Shown here one piece after another: positions 1-36,487 of a stretch of 37,809 bases of DNA (position 1 is its first letter; each line of letters starts with the position of its first letter). The position numbers were made by a program, and so were the translations under genes. The DNA comes from Nemertoderma westbladi (lineage: Eukaryota; Animalia; Xenacoelomorpha). The stretch is taken from NCBI GenBank assembly GCA_032718475.1, contig JAUCBJ010003044.1, positions 1 through 37,809 on the forward strand, in the 5' to 3' direction. The notes beneath the pieces were generated by a model that had not been told where the DNA came from, searched no databases, and saw only the letters and a list, made by a program, of their open reading frames with translations.

Positions 1-606
1 ATTGCAATATGTATTTGTCGTAACGGACGTTACGTTAATGGTAACTACTGTATATAGAGCAGTAATAACCATTTCCTACACTCTGCAAACAGCGCTATTG
101 TAGCTCCATTTGTGATGGTTGCTGGTTTGTTTTAGGCTATTAACAGCGTAACAGGAAGGATTGGCTACTTATATTGTGTTACTGATAGTAAGGCTGCCTT
201 TATTGCCTTTATGCCAAAATTGAGCTCTTGTGCACCTCTAGAATTCTTGCTATCCAAATCTAAAATACTATAGTTAAAAATATGAATTTGCGCACTTGTT
301 TTGTTGAAAACATCAATTTAGGAATTTACACGCAATTGAAAGCGACACCATGTAACATGATGTTGCACAGTTACGTCCGTCCGTTACAGAAGATGGTTAC
401 GTCCGTTACGAAAATCAATTGCAATCTGTATGAAAACCTGAGGTCAGTAGCCCTAAATTGTTTTATTGATATGTTCGGCATCTATTCTGCAATCATTACT
501 AAGAAGGGTTTGTCAGCACATTGCTTAAATTCGCACGATTATTGATGAGAACATGGCTTCCTCAGAAATCGCATTTTGTGCGATTACGTCCGTTACGGGT
601 GTAGTA
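1..606. mobile_element. Partial MITE-like inverted-repeat element cut by the window start
   Basis: ATTGCAAT...CGTAACGGACGT (1-30) is inverted against ACGTCCGTTACG...ATTGCAAT (399-425); the motif TTACGTCCGTTACG occurs again at 584-597. Confidence 0.4.
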
Positions 607-644
607 TTAGCTCGCACTAGCACTATAAGCACATGCAAGAAGTC

Positions 645-880
645 GTCAACAAAGATACCCAGATGTCTGTCTTTCTTTTTGATAACTCATCACTTGTGGG
701 ACTCTCATCGTTCTGTACGTCTACATGTCTACTATGATGGGGTAAATGAGCTTAAAACACTGGTAATTTTAAAGAGCTCAACGGGGACACCATCTACTTC
801 AGTAACACGATTGGATTTAATGCTCTTTACAGTAGCCTTCACTTTAGCAAATGAGATTTCGCCAATAGGAAATATGTGAG
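645..880 (-). mobile_element. Second degenerate LINE fragment of the same family, opposite strand
   Basis: The minus strand encodes ...VKATVKSIKSNRVTEVDGVPVELFK (cf. the KAPGxDGIPxE motif). Positions 645-690 are an inverted near-copy of 1688-1734 (GAGTTATCAAAAAGAAAGACAG.CATCTGG). Confidence 0.55.
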
Positions 881-1516
881 TACAGACTCGGACACTTTTA
901 GTTCTTTCAAATTAAATTCATTCAAACTACGACAACTTTTAGTTCTATAAAGTTATCAGGCAATATACCCTGTCAAGTGTCAAGTTATTGATTATTGAGG
1001 ATCTTTAAAAGGTGGGCCTGCCAACCATTTAGGCGATCGTCTGGTGATTCTGCCTTAACCTTGGTGGTTGGTTGACAACCTGCTTATTGATAAGCTTCTG
1101 CCTGTTCAGGGATCCAGATGCAGCTGTAACTGCATTCTTGACCGTTGTAGTCCGTTTGTGTCGGGATCTCTTTCTGTGCCTTAGTGAGAACCGCTCGGCA
1201 CTTCCGAATTCTGTTGTCCGTCCAGGGTGCCTTTTCCCTGCTTCGACGGGATATGGTCAACAATTAGAAATAGTCAACACTTCGAAAAACCATGCCAACA
1301 CTTCGAAATAATGGTTCGAAGAGCGCCTTTATATTTTTATTGTACATTTTGCCCCATGTCAACGCTTCGAAAGGCCATGTCAACACTTCGAAAAGGAAAT
1401 ATTTGAATGTAAATAGAATAATATTTTAAAATACAAATACAATAGAACTATATATGTTAGGGTTAGGTAATACAAATTAGTACCGGTATATTATATTAGG
1501 GATCATACATATTAGG

Positions 1517-1900
1517 GATTATAACGGGGAATCTCATTGATCTCGATTGCTGCAAAACTATACAATAGAATTCTATTAAATCGCATCAGGGAACCCATTG
1601 AGAGACTGCTCCGTGGAAATCAGAATGGGTTCCGTAAAGGTCGTGGGACCATGGAGCCCATTTTGGCACTTAGAAGGATAATTGAAGAGTTATCAAAAAA
1701 GAAAGACAGGCATCTGGCTGTTATCTTTGTTGACTTATTCAAGGAAAGGCCTTTGATTCAGTCTCTCGCTCACGTATGTTCAGCATACTTTCATTATATG
1801 GGATTCCTGATGAAATTATTGCAGCAATCAGATCAGTATACGATGGTTCGACAACATTTGTGTCTACTGTTGACGGTGACATGGGGCTATTTTTCGAAAT
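1517..1900 (+). mobile_element. Degenerate non-LTR retrotransposon (RTE-like LINE) reverse-transcriptase fragment
   Basis: RGISLISIAAKLYNRILLNRI...NQNGFRKGRGT...ILALRRIIE...IFVD, then a frameshift to AFDSVSR..MFSILSLYGIP. These are typical LINE RT motifs; the fragment is truncated before YADD. Confidence 0.85.
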
Positions 1901-1909
1901 AAAAAAAAA

Positions 1910-2273
1910 CACTAATAATTTTTTCCGAAACTTTTTTTCACATCCTGGGGTTGAGCTGCAACGATTGATATAACTTTCATTGACGGACGAGCTATCGCTT
2001 CGGGGGAGTTCACCCGATATAGATAGATAGATAGATAGTGAATACTCTTACTGTCTTCTAATAATATAGTAAACTAATTGAAAGGTTAATAATTATGTGG
2101 CGCCTTCTGTTTATTAACTCTTAGAGAACTTAATAAAGGTCATTTATGTGATATACACATTATTGATGTATATACATAATTTTGAGTGTAACTTTAACGA
2201 AGACATGGACAGTGTTGAACAGTCGTCTGAAGCTCGAGAGCTTTTTCCGCGGTACGCAAGCACCGCCAGCTAG
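1910..2273. mobile_element. Helitron-like fragments
   Basis: Minus-strand CTATATTATTAGAAG followed by (CTAT)n at 2069-2020. A plus-strand hairpin GCGGTACGCAAGCACCGC is followed by CAGCTAG|T at 2249-2274. Confidence 0.4.
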
Positions 2274-3902
2274 TTAAGGCTATTATTGGATAACATAGAG
2301 GGACATGTCATCATGACATTGGATCACGCTTTGAGATTGGCTTTTCGAAGTGTTGACATGGCTTTTTCGAATGTCCTCGAATGAACGTAATGTCCTCTCC
2401 ATCTACGAGTACCCCCCCCCCCCCCCCCCCCCCCCCCATGTAGTACAATCCTTCTTGGTCTTTTTAACACCTTGAGTCCGGTGTTAATTTCCAAGATTAT
2501 TAATTTCAGAAAAAAACAATTATTATGACAATAATTATTAATAATAATAATACATATAATATGAATTGAATTAGACATTAAGTTCGTTAGTAAAAGTAGC
2601 AAGTAATAAATAAGACATCAATACAACGTTATCCATAATAATTGTTTAAAGGAAAATAAACTTAACGAACCTATAAATCTAGGCTTATTGTTCAACCGTG
2701 GTTAGATGTTTGGTATTTTATGTGTGCGTGACATACAAAAACTATTAAACTTTGTAATATTCCTTTCCATTTTATCTGAAATTATTACACATTAGTTAGT
2801 TGATTAGCTTGGAATGTTTAGACTAAATTAACATTCAACTCTGTTCTCTCATACACCGCTAGTGGTGTATCAAAAATATGAGTAGTTGTAGTCGCAATTA
2901 TAGTCAACATCTAGTCTAGTCATTAAAGTTTGACCAATAAATTATCAGCCTGGTAGTGTTTATAAATATATGAATTAGCACAAATACCAGAAGATTACAC
3001 GTATTTTATTATCGGTATATAATTGAAGTGCGGATGGCATTATGGTAACAAAATATACCTTATAATCATCTATTAATACTACGATAAAGACATTAAGTAT
3101 TATTCAGGTTATATTAATTCATAAGTCTAAATAACACCTTTCCGAAGATCTAACGAAAAATTATGCGGCGTTAAAAAAATTTTCTATGTGTAACAAACAC
3201 AAGCAATGTTCCTTTTAAGCGCTTAAAATCAAAACATTCTCTTTTAGCCTCAATCAACGATAATTTGAATTCTAAAAAGATTTTAATTTCAGTTACATAA
3301 TTAAAAAATGAAATTGAATAAATGTGCGACAATAGTAATAAGCATAGATATATGGAGATGCTCTAAATAAATGCTAAATCCCCGAAAGAGTATGATGACA
3401 AACCTTCAACCGAAATAAATGTTTGGTATAGCGCTTAGCAACGATAACAATTTATATTTCTTTGTTTTCTCACATGTTCGGTGTCCATGGCAATAAGAAT
3501 TCTAATTCTACACACGGTTAGGTTCAACTAAACTTAGTGTAAAAATGCACAGCTATGATATCGGGTCATAGTTGCCGAATTGTCGGTTGAAAGATTTTTC
3601 ATCACGACGCTATGGGGATACGAAATTAATACGTAAAAAAAATTGGAAATGAATAATAATGATAAGAGAAGCAGGATGGATAAAATTGGCGACTTAACTA
3701 ATAATTAAATGAATACAGTCAACTATGAAACTAGATTATTCCCGCCTACTGTACTGAACAATAGTAAAAGCTAAAGAAAGGGAGATTCAATTACTGCAGC
3801 TTGAGCCCTTAGCACAATTACACGATATCATAGTAACCAACGAGCTCCCACCATCACATACCACAATTAAATATATACACGTGTTTATTACGTCAATGGG
3901 TA

Positions 3903-6319
3903 ATTAGTTCGGATACAAATGTATCCCACGCCATTACTTCGGATACAATGTATCCCACGCCATTACTTCGGATACAAATGTATCACACGCCATTAGTTCG
4001 GATACAAATGTCCTATACAAATGTATCCCACGCCATTAGTTCGGATACATATGTATCCCACGCCATTAGTTCGGATACAAGTATCCCACGCCATTAGTTC
4101 GGATACAAATGTATCACACACCATTAGTTCGGATACAAATGTATCACACGCCATTAGTTCGGCTACAAATGTATCCCACGCCATTAGTTCGGATACATAT
4201 GTATCCCACGCCATTAGTTCGGATACAAGTATCCCACGCCATTAGTTCGGATACAAATGTATCACACGCCATTAGTTCGGATACAAATGTATCACACGCC
4301 ATTAGTTCGGCTACAAATGTATCACACGCCATTAGTTCGGATACAAATGTCCTATACAAATGTATCCCACGCCATTAGTTCGGATACAAATGTATCACAC
4401 GCCATTAGTTCGGATACAAATGTATCACACGCCATTAGTTCGGATACAAATGTCCTATACAAATGTATCACACGCCATTACTTAGGATACAAATCACACA
4501 TCATTACTTCGGATACAAATGTATCCCACGCCATTACTTCGGATACAAATGTATCACACGCCATTAGTTCGGATACAAATGTATCACACGCCATTAGTTC
4601 GGATACAAATGTCCTATACAAATGTATCACACGCCATTACTTAGGATACAAATCACACATCATTACTTCGGATACAAATGTATCACACGCCATTAGTTCG
4701 GATACAAATGTATCACACGCCATTAGTTCGGCTACAAATGTATCACACGCCATTAGTTCGGATACAAATGTCCTATACCAATGTATCATACGCCATTACT
4801 TAGGATACAAATCACACATCATTACTTCGGATACAAATGTATCACACGCCATTAGTTCGGATACAAATGTATCACACGCCATTAGTTCGGATACAAATGT
4901 ATCACACGCCATTAGTTCGGATACAAATGTCCTATACAAATGTATCACACGCCATTACTTAGGATACAAATCACACATCATTACTTCGGATACAAATGTA
5001 TCCCACGCCATTACTTCGGATACAAATGTATCACACGCCATTAGTTCGGATACAAATGTATCACACGCCATTAGTTCGGATACAAATGTCCTATACAAAT
5101 GTATCACACGCCATTACTTAGGATACAAATCACACATCATTACTTCGGATACAAATGTATCACACGCCATTAGTTCGGATACAAATGTATCACACGCCAT
5201 TAGTTCGGCTACAAATGTATCACACGCCATTAGTTCGGATACAAATGTCCTATACCAATGTATCATACGCCATTACTTAGGATACAAATCACACACCATT
5301 ACTTCGGATACAAATGTATCACACGCCATTAGTTCGGATACAAATGTATCACACGCCATTAGTTCGGCTCCAAATGTATCACACGCCAGTAGTTCGGATA
5401 CAAATGTCCTATACAAATGTATCACACGCCATTACTTAGGATACAAATCACACACCATTACTTCGGATACAAATGTATCACACGCCATTAGTTCGGATAC
5501 AAATGTATCACACGCCATTTGTTCGGCTACAAATGTATCACACGCCATTAGTTCGGATACAAATGTCCTATACAAATGTATTACACGCCATTACTTAGGA
5601 TACAAATCACACACCATTACTTCGGATACAAATTTATCACACGCCATTAGTTCGGATACAAGTATCCCACGCCATTAGTTCAGGCTACAAATGTATCACA
5701 CGCCATTAGTTCGGATACAAATGTCTTATACAAATGTATCCCACGCCATTAATTAGGCTACAAATGTATCACACGCCATTAGTTCGGATGCAAATGTCTT
5801 ATACAAATGTATCCCACGTCATTAGTTCGGATACAATTGTATACCACGCCATTACTTCGGATACTCGGATACAAATGTATCACACGCCATTAGTTCGGAT
5901 ACAAATGTATCACACGCCATTAGTTCGGATACAAATGTATCACACGCCATTACTTCGCATACAAATGTATCACACGCCATTACTTCGGATACAAATGTAT
6001 CACACGCCATTAGTTCGGATACAAATGTCTTATACAAATGTATCCCACGCCATTAGTTCGGATACAAATGTATCACACGCCTTTAGTTCGGATACAAATG
6101 TATCACACGCCATTACTTCGGATACAAATGTATCACACGCCATTACTTCGGATACAAATGTATCACACGCCATGAGTTCGGATACAAATGTCTTATACAA
6201 ATGTATCCCACGCCATTAGTTCGGATACAAATGTATCACACGCTATTAGTTCGGATACAAATGTATCACACGCCATTAGTTCGGATACAAATGTTTCACA
6301 CGCCATTAGTTCGGATACA
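3903..6319. repeat. 30-bp minisatellite with 159-bp and 477-bp higher-order structure
   Basis: Unit GCCATTAGTTCGGATACAAATGTATCACAC. A 159-bp block recurs across ~4440-5640, and the variant TCCTATACCAATG recurs at 4771 and 5248 (477 bp apart). Confidence 0.95.
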
Positions 6320-6544
6320 CCAATTCGGATTCAATTATATTTTACGTGACAATCTTAAAAACCATGAAAGCTCACCATCCACACCATTAGTTTGTTACAA
6401 TGAATCATCACGCATTAATAGGAGCTCGCTGGATGCTATAGACACCGGTAACTGATCACGAATTCTAACACATCCGCCGTTGGAAACAAAAAAAATGCAA
6501 AGCGACGTGGTGTTTGATGATAAAAAAAATAATAGTGCGAGGAC

Positions 6545-7190
6545 GAACGATACATCCAGTAGAGGCCGAAACGATACATCCACTGGAGGCCGAAACGAAA
6601 CATCCAGTGGAGGGCGAAACGACACATCCTCTGAAGGCCGAAACGATACATCCACTGGAGGCCGAAACGAAACATCCAGTGGAGGGCGAAACGAAACATC
6701 CTCTGAAGGCCGAAACGATACATCCAGTGGAGGCCGAAACAATACATCCAGTGGAGACCGAAACGATACATCCAGTGGAGGCCGAAATGAAACATCTGGC
6801 TGGAGGCCATAACGATAATCCACTGGAGGCTGAATCAAAACATCCGGTTGGGGGCCGAAACAAAACATATGGAGGCCAAAATGAAACATCTGGCTGGAGG
6901 TCGAAACGAAACATCTGGAGGCCGAAACTAAACATCCGTCGAGATCGAAACGAAACATCTGGAGGCCGAAACGATACATCCACCGAGGCCGAAACGTAAC
7001 ATCCGTTGAGGCCGAAACGAAACATTGGCTGGTGGGCGAAACAAAACATCGGCTGAAGGCCGAAACGAAACATCTCGAGGCCGAAACGAAACATCTGGAG
7101 GCCGAAACGACACATCCGTCAAACCCGAAACAAAATATCCAGTGTGCACTGGAGGCCGAAACGAAACATACACTGGAGGCCGAAACAAAC
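6545..7190. repeat. ~24-bp degenerate minisatellite (GGAGGCCGAAACGATACATCCAGT), ~190 bp past the Rap1 stop codon
   Basis: Roughly 27 copies with core GGCCGAAAC; copies diverge more towards 7190. Confidence 0.9.
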
Positions 7191-7378
7191 CATGCGGATG
7201 CCCGATAATAAACCCTCGCTACTCTACGCACCAAACAAAAAGAAATGCAACACGCCGCTTCACATTATTATTAATATAAAATAGGTCTAAGAAATGACGC
7301 CTAGTTAAAAATGTCACGAATAAGTGTGTGGCACAGTCCCCATGGAGACGGCGTCGGTACACAGGCTGTATCGGGTTG

Positions 7379-30728
<23,350 letters not shown>

Positions 30729-31250
30729 TTTTCCGATAAATACTGAAATAGAACCGTGAATAGAAATCGGCGAAATCTGTTCTTCCTATGTATGTATAGC
30801 TGTATACAGGTATAGAGTCTGTTAGTCGGTTGATGTGTAGTCCAGTTCCGAAGTTTCAGTACCGGTAGGCCTCCTGGTAGTCGGTTAGCGGTCGCGGGAC
30901 AAATACCGGTACCGATAAACAAAGAACTGTGCCAGCTGGCCGGTAACTGTAGAACTGTGCAAGATCTCACAGTCCTGCCGTATGACCGTTGCCGTTAGAC
31001 AGGTCTCCGTGAAAACAGTCACCGGTACCGGTTACCACGTCCGTCCACGTGCAGACGTGCTGACTTGTACAGTTCACGGGAAGTTTGGTGAATTAGTGAA
31101 TCGATATACCGTACTGAAATACCGTACCGGTAATGTTTGTTTCAGATCTGCAGATCAGTAAGTCAGTACTGCAGTACGGTAGGCAACGAGTCAGCCAGTA
31201 GCCTAGCCTACCGTTCAGCCGTTACGGTTTTTGAACTGCTTTAGCCGTTT
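30729..31250 (-). promoter_or_regulatory. Probable Rap1 5' UTR/promoter (CpG-enriched island)
   Basis: Locally GC- and CpG-rich compared with the AT-rich flanks, immediately 5' of the ATG. Repeated ACCGGT/GTACCGGTA palindromes and an E-box CACGTG at 31046-31051. TSS not determinable. Confidence 0.45.
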
Positions 31251-31254
31251 AAGT

Positions 31255-32681
31255 CCAAGGTGTTCTAAATAACAGCTCATGCAGCGAGCGGATTGCTGAA
31301 ATTAGCGGAGGTCGATCTTTTCCCTATTTATGGCACTATTTTCATTAATTTTCAGTAGGAACTTATTTTATGCTACTTTTCTTAGGTGGATATGATGACA
31401 AGGGTTCATAGAAATGTAATCAAATGTCTTTCTGGAATTTTTATATTGTTGTTGTCATGGTAACCGTGTACAAAGTTCAAACTTTGCGTGTCTGTAATTC
31501 AAGACGATGGGGGATTCTGTTCTTGAGATTTTGCAGGTGAGTAAAGGAAATAAAAGTCTTATCAAAATATTTGAAAGGTATATTTTTTTCAATCCCGTTT
31601 CCATGGTTATGGGTGTAACGATAATTTCACATTATGACCGCCAGGTAGAAATTGGGCTACTATTTTCTATATCATTTGCAACTGACGTCCCTGGGACCTG
31701 TCCTTTTTTTCTATCAATTGCAAACCAAAATGTAATATTCCTGGAATCTTAAAATCATGCTATCACAGGTCTTGCCCTCTAATTGGACAGTTTTGTTTGT
31801 TGGCACTTTATGAACTTTACAATTAAGGATTCACAATTGACGATTGATAAAATGTAATGTTGCGAATAATAGTGCGCGCCCTGGTTACTGCTTCAATCAT
31901 GATACGTGAAAACCAAATTTACAAACATTCAAATTATTTAATAAATTAAATCAAGTAGGTAAAATTACAAAGACCACACAAGTAACCAATTATTACTTTA
32001 ATTAATAAATTAATTAAATAAATAAATTAAATTAATTAATTAATAATTGGTTACTTGTGTGGTCTTTGTAATTTTACCTAACTTGATTTAATTTATTAAA
32101 TAATTTGAATATTTGAAAATGTAATGTTGGTATTTTTAACTTAATATTAAGACAAACCGAATAAAAATGGTGTTTTATAGAATTGGTTGACAATTATTCA
32201 AATTTTTCATTATACATATTACCATGGCAACGGGATTGAAAAATATTTAAATATAATAATAACAATAATAATATTTGTTATTTATATAGCGCTTTTCTAC
32301 GCTCGGCATACTCAAAGAGCTTTTATTATCATTACCCCAGCAAAGCCAGAAATAATAAAATATAGAATATTTTTATAAACTTTTATTTCCTTTACTCACC
32401 TGCCAAATCTCAAGAACAGAATCCCTCGTCGTCTTGAATTACAAACGGGCAAAGTTTGAACTTTGTACCCAGTTACCTTGACAACAAGAATATAAAAATT
32501 CCGGAAACATATTTTATTACAATTCTATAAACCCTAGTCATCATATCCACCTAAGAAAAGTAGCACATAAGAAGTTTCTAAGGAAATATTAGGAAAATAG
32601 AGCCATAAATATGGAAACGATCGGCCTCCGCTAATTTCAGCAATCCGCTCGCTGCATGACCTGTTATTTAGTACACCTTGG
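31255..32681. mobile_element. Foldback/MITE-like element with long imperfect inverted arms and an inner hairpin
   Basis: CCAAGGTGTTCTAAATAACAGCTCATGCAGCGAGCGGATTGCTGAAATTAGCGGAGG at 31255 is mirrored at 32625-32681. The arms pair inward to ~31610/32220, and there is an inner near-perfect inverted repeat at 31927-31995/32041-32110. No clean TSD. Confidence 0.75.
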
Positions 32682-32820
32682 TGGAGTCTTTCCTATGGCG
32701 TCTCTTTAGGCTCAAAACCTCTAACGCTTGAGGGTGTGTATAACAGCAGTGGGGGTAGTGTACTAACGTATGAGGTTGTGTGTAACCAATGGTGGGGGGT
32801 TGTACATTTACGTGGAAAAA

Positions 32821-33630
32821 TTACTGCAGTAACTTTTTACCTTACTGCATTAAGTTAAAACTCTACTGCAGTAACGTTTTACCTTACTGCAGTAACCTTT
32901 TTCCTTACTGCAGTAAGTTAAAACCGTACTCCAGTAACATTTTAGGTTGCTGCAGTAACGTTTTACCTTACTGCAGTAACGTTTTACCTTACTGCAGTAA
33001 CGTTTTACCTTACTGCAGTAACGTTTTACCTTACTGCAGTAACGTTTTACCTTACTTCAGTAACGTTTTACTTTACTGCAGTAACCTTTTACCTTACTGC
33101 AGTAAGTTAAAACCGTACTGCAGTAACGTTTTAGGTTGCTGCAGTAACGTTTTACCTTACTGCAGTAGCTTTTGACCTTGCTGCAGTAACGTTTTACCTT
33201 ACTGCAGTAATGTGTTACCTTACTTCAGTAACGTTTTACTTTACTGCAGTAACCTTTTTCCTTACTGCAGTAAGTTAAAACCGTACTCCAGTAACATTTT
33301 AGGTTGCTGCAGTAACGTTTTACCTTACTGCAGTAACGTTTTACCTTACTGCAGTAACGTTTTACCTTACTTCAGTAACGTTTTACTTTACTGCAGTAAC
33401 CTTTTTCCTTACTGCAGTAAGTTAAAACCGTACTGCAGTAACATTTTAGGTTGCTGCAGTAACGTTTTACCTTACTGCAGTAACGTTTTACCTTACTGCA
33501 GTAACGTTTTACCTTACTTCAGTAACGTTTTACCTTACTGCAGTAATGTGTTACCTTACTGCAGTAGCGTTTGACCTTACTGCAGTAACGTCTTATGCTA
33601 CTGCAGTAAATGAATACCTTACTGCAGTAA
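32821..33630 (+). repeat. 21-bp tandem array TTACTGCAGTAACGTTTTACC (left TIR)
   Basis: ~38 copies, each with the palindrome TTACTGCAGTAA or a variant. Confidence 0.95.
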
Positions 33631-35677
33631 AGTTTGCCATATAATTACCATAGCAACAACCAATAAAATATTATGTTTACAAATGGAAAGGAGGGATATT
33701 TAAAATTGAATGTCAGTATAATCAATCATGTCAGTTTACAGCAAGGACTATACTGAAGCCCTTGGTTTACAGCCTAAATGTTAGATTCTGCCAGATTATG
33801 TCACCTGCAAAATCAGTCCCCGCCCCCTTACGGGATCCTCTACTGTAGGTATAGTGGGCCCTCTGGACGCTGGACCAATACTCGGGATTAAACTGATGTC
33901 ACATCGGTACCGCGTACGACTGTTGACGCATGCTCCCAGTATTAGTCGAATTCTTCTTTTCAAGTTTTTGTGTTGCAGCCGAGAAGTCAGTTTGGCTGAA
34001 TTCATAGATGAAGCAAGGTTTGAAAATAGATCTGAAGTTGGATCAAATAACTATTTGCGTGAGGTAGATATTTTATATTGGCTTGGTAATACCTGTGAAA
34101 TGCTGGATAAGTTCTCCAATTTATCAAGTGGGAGCAACAATTTGGGTAGGGGGGAATTTAAACGATGGTTATTTGGATCGGAACACCCTACTGTTATTCC
34201 AATGCTAACAATCCAATTCCGAGAGTGTCAATCGGGGTGTCACTGCCGATTTCGTTATTCGACATGTGCTAGTCAGATGACTATTCCAAGACATATACAT
34301 AACAAAGATGAATAACTTGTTAAACTTTTGGTGGATACAGTTCTAGAATCTGGTTCTGGATTTCACATGGCTTAAGTTGAATTAAATACTTTTAAATGTA
34401 TTTGGTCTTGAATATATTTGTTTGTGTTTCTTATTTTCACTGTTTTTGTTTTATGTAGTTTAGCTTAGTTATTGTTATGTAGCTTATCTTAGATATTCTG
34501 TTTATTCGGAAACAATTATTGTGTTTAAAAAAAAGATAGAAAAAAAATATTTTTATTTCTTTACCAGCCAAGTACCCGTCACCGCCCAGCCCCAACCCCT
34601 TACAAATAATTATTTATTACTTGCGAGGAATTTTAATTTACTGATATAATAGATTACTTAATTTACGTTTTAATTTTAATAATTCCGTAACTAAAGAACC
34701 AACCGCGTAACAAGGGATGTCCCGTAATTAAATTTAATAACTATTTAAGAAATTCCACAAAAAATTTTCTTTAATTATTATTCTTGTTTAATCAAAGTGA
34801 AATCAATAATTAAAAAATCAATATAATATTTATCAATTTACCAAAATACCAACCCCCCCCCCCCCCCCCCCCCACCAAAAAATGTTTCATTTAACATATA
34901 TTAACAATAACTAATTGTTGTGGAATACTATATATATTATTATTGATGACAACTGATTCGTATGCATGGTTGAAAATTTTGCACATAATTTCAAGAAGAA
35001 TTCACTTTAGTGCAAATAATTATAATTTATATAATGTTCTCTGGTATTTCTGGTGTGTTCCAAAAGACCTCCACTTCCACCAGCTTAGGGTTATGTGTTA
35101 CTTCCACAAATAATAATACACAAGTAATATAAATTGGGGGGGTTTATGCGCCTGTCGATTTATACGAATCGACAGGCGCAACAAAAGTATTTGGAATATT
35201 ATGCCCATGTATACTTATATATGTAAGCCTTCAAGTATAAACAAAACTGACCTTAACAAAATCAAGGTAGGCATTTGTTATTTTCCATCAGCAACATGGG
35301 CTTTAACTTTTAACTTTACATGGGATTAATAATACTGTAATATTCTAGAAAAATACCACATGGCCAACGCCGTCGGCCATGCACTCGCACGGCGCAAATG
35401 CTCCATTTGCGCTCTCCACCTGGATAATAAAGTATTTAAATCTATTCAAAAATTCACTTGCATAATCAATATTCGCCATTCCGTTTATTAGCCTACCCAC
35501 ACAACCCTAAGTCTATTAATAATACAAATTATATTATTATAATAATAACACAGGCTCTTCAATACCTACAGCTGCACACAGGCAGATATGGGTACTGTTC
35601 AATTTTAAATATCCCTCCTTGACATTTGTAAACATAAGATCTGATTGGTTGTTACTATGGCAATTATATGACAAACT

Positions 35678-36487
35678 TTACTGCAGTAAGGTATTCATTT
35701 ACTGCAGTAGCATAAGACGTTACTGCAGTAAGGTCAAACGCTACTGCAGTAAGGTAACACATTACTGCAGTAAGGTAAAACGTTACTGCAGTAAGGTAAA
35801 ACGTTACTGCAGTAAGGTAAAACGTTACTGCAGTAAGGTAAAACGTTACTGCAGCAACCTAAAACGTTACTGCAGTACGGTTTTAACTTACTGCAGTAAG
35901 GAAAAAGGTTACTGCAGTAAAGTAAAACGTTACTGAAGTAAGGTAAAACGTTACTGCAGTAAGGTAAAACGTTACTGCAGTAAGGTAAAACGTTACTGCA
36001 GCAACCTAAAATGTTACTGGAGTACGGTTTTAACTTACTGCAGTAAGGTAAAAGGTTACTGCAGTAAGGTAAAACGTTACTGCAGTAAGGTAACACATTA
36101 CTGCAGTAAGGTAAAACGTTACTGCAGCAAGGTCAAAAGCTACTGCAGTAAGGTAAAACGTTACTGCAGCAACCTAAAACGTTACTGCAGTACGGTTTTA
36201 ACTTACTGCAGTAAGGTAAAAGGTTACTGCAGTAAAGTAAAACGTTACTGAAGTAAGGTAAAACGTTACTGCAGTAAGGTAAAACGTTACTGCAGTAAGG
36301 TAAAACGTTACTGCAGTAAGGTAAAACGTTACTGCAGTAAGGTAAAACGTTACTGCAGCAACCTAAAATGTTACTGGAGTACGGTTTTAACTTACTGCAG
36401 TAAGGAAAAAGGTTACTGCAGTAAGGTAAAACGTTACTGCAGTACAGTTTTAACTTACTGCAGTAAGGTAAAAAGTTACTGCAGTAA
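35678..36487 (-). repeat. 21-bp tandem array, inverted partner (right TIR)
   Basis: Reverse complement of the left array; ORF-track peptides 36133..36519(-) and 32789..33175(+) are nearly identical. Confidence 0.95.

Noticed and set aside
4257-5678. 473-aa repetitive protein
   Set aside because: It lies entirely within a minisatellite with no unique domain, and overlapping ORFs occur in several frames.
6395-7279. Multiple overlapping ORFs on both strands
   Set aside because: They are by-products of a stop-poor 24-bp repeat.
33796-34315. Transposase or cargo gene inside the foldback spacer
   Set aside because: The ORFs are short, with no motif I could recognise; a profile search would be needed.
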